From Myxococcota bacterium (GTDB taxonomy: Bacteria > Myxococcota > JACRCW01), in assembly GCA_040752415.1 (NCBI GenBank), contig JBFMGU010000017.1:1-64000 (forward strand): a stretch of 64,000 nt of DNA, written 5' to 3'. Numbering within the stretch: position 1 is the first letter of the stretch; each line of letters begins with the position of its first letter. Of this stretch, positions 19,202 to 29,500 are shown piece by piece. The notes under the pieces were generated by a model. It saw only the letters and a program-made list of their open reading frames with translations, ran no database searches and had not been told where the DNA came from. A program made the position numbers and the translations under genes.

Positions 19202-20155
19202 CTATCGGCTCACGGGCGTACGGAAGAGGTCCACGGGAACGCCGGAAGGACGACGTTCCACGAGCCAGTCGACGACGGTGGAGCGGAGTGATTCGCGCTT
19301 CTCCTCGTGGAAGAGCTGGTGGCGGGCCTCGGGGATGAGCTTGAGGGTCTTGTCCTGTGACCGCGCGCGCTGATGGAGCATCCGGCTTCCCTCCGGGTTC
19401 GTCATGCGGTCCGCGCCACCGTGCATGATGAGCAGCGGGAGCTCCAGGGTGCTCATCCGCGCCTGGATGCGCTCCACCGCCCAGAGCATCTCGGAGACCG
19501 TGCGGGCGGGGACGCTCTGGCGTTGGACCCATGGGTCGGAACGGAGGGAGCTCACCACGGAGGGATCGCGGGAGGCGTCACGCGGGTCCAGCTCCAGGAA
19601 TGGCATCCAGGGCAGCGCCTGGCCCAGCACTTCGATGGTGCGTAGCCGCGCTTCGGGATGGTTGGGGTTGGGTGTCAGCATCGCGCCGCTGAGCACCAGG
19701 CCGTCGAGGGTGGGTTTGCGCTCGATGGTGTAGAGCGTGGCGATGGTGCCGCCGAGCCCCTGGCCGATCACGAAGAGCGGGCCGTCGCTGATGCGCTGGC
19801 GGATGCTGCGGACCGCCACGTCCATGTCGTCCAGGTAGTCGTCGAAGGAGTCCGCGTAGGCGCGACCGCCGCCTGAGCGGCCGTGGCCGCGCAGATCATA
19901 GGCGTGGACCGCGAAGCCCTCGTCGACGAGCTTGTTCGCGAGCGTTTCGTAGCGGCCGCTATGGTCGAGCAGACCGTGGAGGATGAGCACGGCGCCCTTG
20001 GGGTCGTTGAAGGGGTTCCAGGAGCGGTGGAACAGTTGCACGCCGTCGGGCGCGCTGAGGATGCCGTCGATGACCAGGGGCGCTTCGCCCGCGACCCCGA
20101 CGGTGGCGCCGACGAGCATAAAGGTGAGAAGGCAACGCCTGGCGGTGCGGATCAT
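19202..20155 (-). CDS. Exported alpha/beta hydrolase (lysophospholipase/monoglyceride lipase family); nucleophile Ser replaced by Gly
   Basis: 'LILHGLLDHSGRY', 'YDLRGHGRSGG', elbow 'GQGLGG', 'LIMHGGADRM', 'RHQLFHE'. Start at MIRTARR gives a signal peptide. Confidence 0.85.
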   Translation of the reverse strand: MIRTARRCLLTFMLVGATVGVAGEAPLVIDGILSAPDGVQLFHRSWNPFNDPKGAVLILHGLLDHSGRYETLANKLVDEGFAVHAYDLRGHGRSGGGRAYADSFDDYLDDMDVAVRSIRQRISDGPLFVIGQGLGGTIATLYTIERKPTLDGLVLSGAMLTPNPNHPEARLRTIEVLGQALPWMPFLELDPRDASRDPSVVSSLRSDPWVQRQSVPARTVSEMLWAVERIQARMSTLELPLLIMHGGADRMTNPEGSRMLHQRARSQDKTLKLIPEARHQLFHEEKRESLRSTVVDWLVERRPSGVPVDLFRTPVSR

Positions 20156-20520
20156 GGCACGCGGGAAGGTGAGGCCGCGTAAGCGGCGGTTGCATGGTGT
20201 GCGGGAAGGCGTGACGACGAAAATTCGGGCCACGCGCTTATGTGTCTTACCGACTGGGCCGCTCAGATGCTGCCTTCGTGTCCCGCTGGGTTGGGGCTGT
20301 TGCGTGATGGTGAGGTCGTCCGTGGCCATGGCGGCTGCGTGCGCGCCGACGCAACGAACCCTGCGCCGACTCTCAGATGAGGTTCGTCGTGATGTCGTTC
20401 CGGGTGCGTGCGCATCCTACTTTCCTGCAGATGAGCCCAAACGGTAGTGGCCCTTTGGCGTCAACGTGGCCTAAAAGGGTGTGCTCAAGACTTCGCTTAG
20501 GTTTCGGGAAGCGGGGACAT

Positions 20521-23500
20521 ATGCGCACGTTGCAGCAGAAGATCACGGTTGTGCACGCAGTTTTCCTTACGGCGATGTTGGCCTCGGAAAGCGTACATGC
20601 GGGCGCGCGGAGCGCCCAGCGTGGCGTCCCAGGCCACCCCATCGCGGTGTTTCACAAACCGCCCACGCAGCCGGATGCGTTCATGACCCACGGGCGAGGC
20701 TATGCGCTGTGGCTGGTTCCCGAAGGCATGGTGCTGGCACTCAGAAAGCCGCAGGGCGCCCCGTCGGCGTTGCACATCGATCCTGAACGTCCGTGTCTGG
20801 CTGGAGATGTCGAGGAACAGGCGGAGACGTCCATCATCCAGATCCGCTTTCCCGGGGCCGCGTCCCGGCCTCGTCTCCGCGCCGAGGATCCGCGCACGAC
20901 AAAGGTGAATTATCTCAGAGGTGACGATTCAACGCGATGGATACGCGGCCTGACGACCCATGGCCGCGTGAGGCACGAAGGACTGTACCGGGGGGTGGAC
21001 CTCGTTTCGTACGGAAGCGCGGGTGAGCTGGAGTTCGATTTCGAGGTCAAGCCAGGTGCATCCCCGCGCGCCATCGCGATGGAGTTCCGGGGCGCCGACC
21101 GCTTGGAGCTTGATCCCATGGGCTCGTTGCTGATCCACACCCCGGCGGGCGCGGTGACCCTCTTGCCGCCCCAGGCCTATCAGAAGGGGCCATCTGGGAA
21201 CGAGGAGGTCAAGGCCAGCTTCGAGGTCATCTCGCGCACACAGGCCCGCTTCGTCCTGGGAAAGTATGATCGAGCGCGGACGCTCATCATTGATCCGGTT
21301 CTCCTGTATTCAACGTGGTTGGGAGGCGACGGCGACGAGCGCGGACTGGGTGTCGCGGTGGGCTCGGATGGCTCTGCGTACGTTGTGGGGGATACCTGGT
21401 CCTGGAACTTTCCTGTGCGCAACCCTCTGCAAGCCCAGATCCGCGGGGACCTCGACGGATTTGTCACCAAGCTCAGCCCAACGGGAGACTCCATTGAGTA
21501 CTCCACGTTCCTCGGTGGCGGGGGCTATGACGCGTTCGAGCGGGCGCTGGTGACCTCCAGCGGTCAGCTCTATACGATTGGCTCGACCAGGTCCCACGAT
21601 TTCCCCGTCGTCAACGCGTTCCAGTCGAGTTACGGCGGCGGGCCCTATGATGGAATGATTGTCAGGCTCGACTCCACGGGCACCAATCTGGAAATGTCCA
21701 CGTACTTTGGTGGGGATGGCGACGATGCTGTTCACGCCATTGCTCTGGGGCCTGCAGGTGAGATCCACCTTGTTGGCCACGTCACGTCCGGCAACTTTCC
21801 CCTGAAAAGGCCCATGTTCGGCTACACCGGCGGATTCGATGGCTGGGTGGCGCGAATGACGGCGGATGGACGCAGCCTGGATTTCTCGACGTATTACGCG
21901 AGGGGGGCTGACATCTACGGGTTGGCGCTGGATGTCTTCGGCAACATCTGGGTTGCTGGCCATGTGGCCTCGAACCTTCCGCCCGTCAACGCGCTGGACG
22001 GGCAGCTTGGCGGCTCCGCAGATGCGTTCGTAGCCAAGATCAACGCCGCGGGTGATGCGGTGCACTTCGCCACGTACCTTGGTGGCAGTGGGCTGGATGG
22101 CGCTCGCGCGGTGGAGCTGGACGCGCAGGGCAACGCGTATGTTGCGGGCTGGACCACCTCAGCGGATTTCCCGCTGGTGAGCCCCGTGCAGGACCACCTC
22201 GGTGGGACGACAACGCACGATTACTACCGGGGAGACGCATTTCTCACGAAGGTCGACGCGAACGGAACCGCGTTGATGTTCTCGACGTACCTGGGCTCCG
22301 AGAAGGATGACAGTGCGTGGGATCTCGCCGTGACCGGGGACGGTGTGGCTTATGCCATCGGAAGCGTCGGGGGACCTTCCTTTCCGATTGTTGACGGCTA
22401 TCAGCCCGTGTTTGGTGGCCCGGTCGATGATCGCCTGTTCTGGGGAGATGGCTTCCTTGCGGTGGTGGATACGACGAGCGCAAGCCTGATCTATTCGACC
22501 TTCCTTGGTGGTTCGAGCGCCGATTACGCCTACGGTGTGGCCCTGGGGCCATTCGGCGATGTCTATGTCAGTGGCATCACCACGTCGTCTGACTTCCCTG
22601 TGACCCAACCCGTGGTGCCAAGGCGGGGAGGGCGTGATGCGTTTCTCATTCGCGTGCTGGTTGAAGGGGCGCAAGTCCAGGACCTTCATGTCGAGCCGCG
22701 GCTGGCAGGCAGGATCGTTGGGGCTGAACACTGCGTCGTGGCGACCGTCACGGACAACAATGGTGACCCGGTGGGCGGCGTCGCGGTCGCGTTCAACGTC
22801 TCTCCCACGCACGCCGCCCAAGAAATGATCACCACGGATGAAACGGGTGTTGCCACGTTTTGTTACGCCGGTGAGCGCGAAGGAACGGATGACGTGACGG
22901 TGGTGGCGGATACACTCCAGGACGTCGTCACCGTGGTGTGGACCGCACCGCAGGCCTGCCCCGCGAACACCCAACCCGGTCACGGAAGCGCGATTCGCTA
23001 CGTGGGCTCCACGACGGCAGCATGCGACGAGGTTGCGGAGCTGACGGCACAGCTTGTGGGACAGCAAGGTGAGCCGCTGGCGGGGAGGACGCTGGTGTTC
23101 ACGGCGGAAGAACAGGAGTTGCAGGCCGTGACGGATGACGCCGGCGTCGCGCGAGTGCGCGCGATTCTACCGAACCCCGGCGCGTTGACAGTGACCTTCG
23201 CGGGAGACGCAGCGTACGACCCGTCGTCGCTGCTCCAGGTACTGCAGCCTGACGCTTTGCCGACAACCCTGTTGGTGACTGGGCCGCGTCACCTCACCGC
23301 CGGGGCGGCGGGGGTCGTCTCGGCGGTGTTGCAGGACGGCGTGACCGGGGCGCCACTCGCCGGTGAAACGGTAACGTTCGCTGCAGGTGCTGACGTCGTA
23401 GAAGCGGTGACGGACGCCACCGGTCTGGCCACCGCGACCGTCACGGCAGGCGCTGATGCCACCTCCATCAATGCGTACTTCGCCGGATCCCCGTGCCACG

Positions 23501-26500
23501 CAACGTCGTCGGCGAGCATGGCCGTCCGGGTTCTCACCGGGGACACGTTTGTGATCTGGGGAGGCAACAGCACGGGCCTTCACCTGGGTGACCGTGTCAA
23601 TTTCTGGGGCGCTCAATGGGCCAAGCAGGTGCAGGAAGGCGACTACGATGCGCACGCAGAGTTCAAAGGCTACGCCGAGGTGAATGGTGACGTGCGCCTC
23701 TGCCAGGTCCAATCCAACCGGCACAGCACACCCCCGCTGAACCCGGGGTGTTGGACCTCAAAGCCCGGAAACAGCCATCCGCCCGTGATGACGGCCCCAG
23801 CGCGTGTGCAGGCCCTTGTGGCCACCAGCATCGACAAGCAGTCAGGCGTCGTGTTTGGAAACATCGCAGGTGTGGTGGTCTTGGAGCTTGATGCGGCACC
23901 GGCGTACGGCCCGGATCCGGGACACCCGGGTTATGGAACCATCGTTGAAGTCGTGATGGCTGGTGAGGGAGTGGGACTGCCTCTCCCGAGCGAGCTCACG
24001 CCGCGACTGTCCGTCACGCAACTCCAGGATGTGACGACGAATGCAGGGACGCCGCTCACCGTGACCTTGCACGTTGTCAACACCGGGAATGTGGCGGTGG
24101 TGGATGGCACGGCAACGCTCGCCGCACCCTGGGGAGAGCCAGCGCTCCAAACCGCAGCGCTGGGAGCACTGCCCGTGGGCGCCGCCACGGATGTGACTTT
24201 CGTGGTGACGTCGCCCTCCCTGCGACGCAGGCCCGACGAGTCGGCGGCAGCGTACGAAGCCCGTCTCGCCGCCGAGGATGGGCGGCGGTTGGCAACGGTG
24301 AGCTCCATTGCAGCCCGAACCGCGGATGGCAGGAGTCATGAGATCTTGGGGGCTGGGAGCAGCACCACGTTGCGTGTTCCGCGGCTCAGTCTGGCGCTTC
24401 ATGCGCCCGCTTGCGCCGGTGCTGGGGCCGCGGTGTTCTACGACGTCACCGTTGCCAACGTGGGCAGCGCGGGCGCCTCTCAGCCTCGGGTTCTCGTCCG
24501 ATTTGCGGATGGCTCCGAGGAACTGCTCATTCTTCCCGACTTGCCTCAAGGCGCGGCGGTGACGCGCACCGTGTCATGGCGACCGCCCAGCCCTCCCGCC
24601 CGTGCCCTGAATGAGTCGGAGGAAGACTATCTGGCGCGGCTGTCGTCGTTGAACGAAGCGCCGCTGGTGACCACCGCATCCGCGGTGTGGACGGGCGAGG
24701 CCAACGGGCAATACGGCGCAGTGGAGGGGGCCGCGACGTCACTGAATGGCATCCCCGTGCTGGAGCTGTTGGCCGCGGTAACACCGGGCGGCCATCCCGG
24801 AGAGGACGTGAATCTCGACGTACTTCTGCTCAATCGCGGTCATGGCAACGCCTTCCTTGTTGGCGTCCAGGTCACGATGCATGATGGAACCATTGAGCAT
24901 GCCAGCGTGGATTCCATTGGGGCCGGGGAGTCTGAGCACGTTGTGTTCTCGTGGCCGCTACCGCCCGTTGCAGTCCGCGGCTCCTCCGAAAGCGACGCGG
25001 CGTATCGCCAACGACTGCTCGATGCTGCGGGGCGCGTGGTGATGAACGCCGTGGTGCAATGGCACGATGCGGCCGGTGGGGCGTTGGGACCGTTGCAGCG
25101 GGAGGCCAGCACCGTCCCCCGTGTCCCCATTGTGGATGTCCAAATCCAAGGACCGCCGGAGGTCACGGCGAGCCAGAGCATCCGGTATCAGGTCACGATT
25201 GCGAACGTGGGAACCGGCGCGGCCTCCGACGTCCGGTTGACGGTGTCTCTTCCGGATGGTTCCGTCCGGAGTCTTCCTCCCATGGTGCTGGGGGTTGGTG
25301 GAGAACGCGACCTGGAGGTGCCGGGGATTGTGCCCGCCTCTGGGCTGGGGCCAACGCTTACGGCGCGTGGCGAGGCTCGGTGGAGCGATGTAGCCCAGGC
25401 CTATGGACCGCTCGGAAACAACGCCGTTGCAACGGCGCTGAACTCCGCCCCGCGCGTGGAAGCTGGAGCCAATGTCAGTCTGGTGCTCCCGCAGCGCACG
25501 GTGGCGTTGCAGGGGATCGCTGTTGATGACGGATTGCCTGGCGGCGCGGTGAGCGCGACCTGGTCCCTCGTGGACGGACCCGGCGCCGTTTCCTTCTCCA
25601 ACGTTAACGCGTTGCAGACGTCGGTAACGCTCACTGCCACCGGCCTCTACACGCTGCGCCTGACCGCCACGGACACCGTGCTTTCCGCCAGGGACGACGT
25701 CGTCATTGAGCTGGGAGAAGCGCAGAACCAGGCGCCCGTGGTCAACGCGGGGCCGGACTTGGCGATGGTCTGGCCGGCAGATTCAGTTGAGCTGCTGGGA
25801 GCCGTCACGGATGATGAACTTCCTCCGACGGGCGCGCTGCAGACAATCTGGACCGTGGTGAGCGCGCCAGGGGATGTCACGTTCGGTGATTCGCGCTCGT
25901 CAACCACCACCGCGACGTTGACCGCGCGTGGGACGTATGAGCTGGAGCTCGTCGCCACCGACGGGGTTCTCTTCGCGACGGACCGCGTGGTGGTAACCTA
26001 CACGTTGCCGGCAAATGATCCGCCCGTGGTGAGCGCGGGTAACGATGTCACGCTGACGTGGCCGGACAACGTGGTCGCGCTGGATGGATATGTCGCCGAT
26101 GACGGGCGGCCCGTGGGCGGTGCGCTCGTGGCGCAGTGGTCGCAGGTGAGCGGTCCAAGGTCGGTGGTCTTTGCGGACACGGGCGCTGTCGACACCACCG
26201 TGGAGTTCCGTGCTGCGGGCACCTACGTGCTGCGGCTGGCCGCGTACGACGGACAGGATGCCGCGTCTGACAGCGTCCAGGTCAACATCATGGGAACCGG
26301 AGGCGGTGGGCCGGCCCCGGTTGTGGGTGCGCTGAGTCTGCAGGACGGGACCATCATCACGCAGCCCACGACGGTGGCGGCCTCCATCCAAAGCGACGCG
26401 CTGGAGCGGTGGGACCTTGAGTACCGGGAGCTCGGTGCAGAGACGTGGAACCTGTTTGGCAGCGGCACCACGCAGTCAGTGGGTGGAACGTTGGATCCTA

Positions 26501-29500
26501 CGCTGCTGCTCAATGGTCTGATCCAGGTGCGGCTCGTGGCCACGGACACGGCGGGCCAGGTGACGGAGGGAGAAGCCATCTTCGTCGAGGTGGATGGCAA
26601 CATGAAGGTGGGCAACTTCACCCTCGCCTTCACCGACCTCTCCGTTCCGGTGATGGGCATCCCCATCGAGGTCACGCGCACCTACGACTCGCGCGACAAG
26701 CGGCAGGGTGACTTCGGCGTGGGGTGGCAGCTGGGCATCAAGAACGTGCGGCTGCAGGAGAGCGGCATTGTGGGAAGCCGCTGGCGCATGGACGTCATCA
26801 ACGGGTTCTTCGACACGTACTGCGTGAGGCCGGTGCGCCAGAAGCGCGTGACGGTGACGCTCCCCGACGGGGACGTGCACGAGTTCGTGCCGCGGTTGGA
26901 GCCGCAGTGCCAGAGCATCATCCCGCAGCAGGAAGCCACCGTGGTGTTTGTGCCGCAGCCAGGGACGACGAGCACGCTGACGCCGCTCAACGACTACGTG
27001 CTGGTGGCGGGGAATACGAGCGGAGATTTCCCGCTTATCGACGCCGATACGCTCGATGTGATGGATCCGGAGCTGTACATCCTCAAGCTGCGGGACGGAC
27101 GCCGGCTGATGGTCAACGACGACGGGAAGCTCCTGTCCATTCGCGACCTCAACGGCAACACGTTGGACATCAACGACGACGGGATGGTGCACTCGAGCGG
27201 GCAGAGCATCTCGTTCGAGCGGGACGCGCTGGGTCGCATCACGAGCATCAACGACCCGCTGGGGAAGTCGCTGACGTACCGCTACGACGCGCGCGGCGAC
27301 CTCGCCAGTGTCACCGACCGCGAGGGCCAGGAGACAACGTTCGCGTACAACGCGACGCACGGCCTCCTGGACATCTTCGACCCGCGGGGCGTGCGAGCGG
27401 TGCGCAATGAGTACGACGCCGACGGGCGCCTGCTCTCCCATACCGACGCGTCGGGCAATGTGATTGCGTACGTGCATGACCTGGCCGCGCAGGTGGAGAC
27501 GGTGACGGACCGCCTCGGCAACGTGACCACGCACGAATACGACTCGCGGGGCAACGTGCTGCGCACCGTCGATGCCGAGGGCGGGGTGACGACGCGGAGC
27601 TACGACGGCTTCGACAACAAGCTGTCGGAGACGGACCCGCTGGGGAACACCACGTTCTACACGTACAACGACGAGCGGGACGTCACGAGCGTCACCGACG
27701 CGCTGGGCCACGTCACGCAGAGCACGTACAACACCTTCGGCTCGGTGCTCACGCACACGGATGCGCGCGGGAAGGTGTCGCGGAACTTCTATGACGTGAA
27801 GGGGAACCTGGAGACCGCCCGCGACCCGACCGGCGCGGCCACCGACTACCAGTACACCCCGTATGGCCAACCGTGGTGGATGCGGGACGCGCTGGGACGC
27901 ATCACGCTGTACGCCTATGACCCGAACGGAAACCTGTCGTCGGAGACCGACCCCCTGGGCCACGTCACGAGCTACACCTACGACGCCAATGGGAATCGCG
28001 CGAGCCAGACCACGACACGGACGACGCCCGACGGCGTGGAGAAGCTGATCACGGGGTATGTGTATGACAGCGAGAACCGGCTGGTCGAGACGGTTCACCC
28101 TGACGGGACGACGACGAGCACGCGGTACAACGCGATTGGCAAGCAGGCGTCGACGACGGATGGGCTGGGGCGGGAGACGCGCTACGTGTACGACGACCAC
28201 GGCCGGCTCACGGAGACGCAGTTCCCCGACGGGACGACGGAGGGGGTGACCTACGACGCCGAGGGTCGGCGGCTGACGTCGACGGACCGCGGCGGGCGGG
28301 TCACGAGATACGAGTACGACCGGGTGGGTCGGCTGACGAAGATGATCCACCCGGACCGGATGTTCCGCATGACGACGTATGACCTGGCGGGACGGGTCGT
28401 GGCGGAGACGGATGAGAACGGGAACACGGTGACGTTTGTCTACGACGACGCAGGACGTCGCACGGTGGTACGGAACGCGCTGGGTCACTCGACGCGGAGC
28501 GATTACGACGAGAACGGGAACCTGACGTCGGTGACCGACGCGAACGAGCACACCACGACGTTCGCGTATGACGACGTGGGCCGGCGCGTGAAGACGACGG
28601 CGCCCAATGGGACGTACCGCACGACGGGATACGACGCGCTGGGTCGGCGCATCAGCGAGACGGACGAGCTGGGGAGGACGACGCAGTATGGGTACGACGA
28701 GCTGGGTCGGTTGACGTCGGTGACGGACGCGCTGGTTCAGGTGACGAGCTACGGCTACGACGAGCTGGGGAACATGGTTTCCCAGACGGACGCCAACGGG
28801 CACACCACGCGCTTTGAGCACGACAAACTGGGACGAAGGGTCAAGCGCACGCTGCCCATGGGCCAGTCTGAGACGATGTCCTACGACGCCGTTGGCAACA
28901 TGACGTCGAGGACGGACTTCAGCGGGCACACCACGACGTACGCGTATGACGAGCTCAACCGGTTGCTCTCGAAGACACCGGACCCGGCGCTCAACGAGCC
29001 GACGGTGTCGTTCACGTACTTCTCGACGGGACAGCGTCAGTCGATGACGGATGCGTGGGGCGCGACGACGTACTCCTACGATGACCGGGACCGGTTGCTG
29101 ACGAAGGCGACGCCGGCAGGAACGCTCACGTACACCTACGATGATGTTGGGAACGTGAGGTCGATCCGGTCGAGCAACGCCGGTGGCACCGACGTGCAGT
29201 ACGAGTGGGACGCCGCCAACCAGCTTGCTGCGGTGGTTGACTCGAACACGGGCACGACGACGTACGCATATGACCCCGTCGGGAACGTGGCGGGGATGAC
29301 GCTTGCGAACGGGGTTGTGTCCCAGAGCGTCTACGACGAGCAGAACCGGCTTACGGACCTCTCGTACATGCGCGGGACGATGGAGATTGCGCGGTACACG
29401 CACACCATCGCGCCGACGGGACACCGCACGGGCGTGGCGGAGACCAGTGGGCGCCAGGTCGCGTACACGTTTGATGAGCTGTATCGATTGACGTCGGAAA

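Noticed and set aside
20172..20260. dif-like half sites upstream of the Rhs gene (aggccgcgtaa; ttatgtgtcttaccgac)
   Set aside because: No correctly spaced matching second arm.
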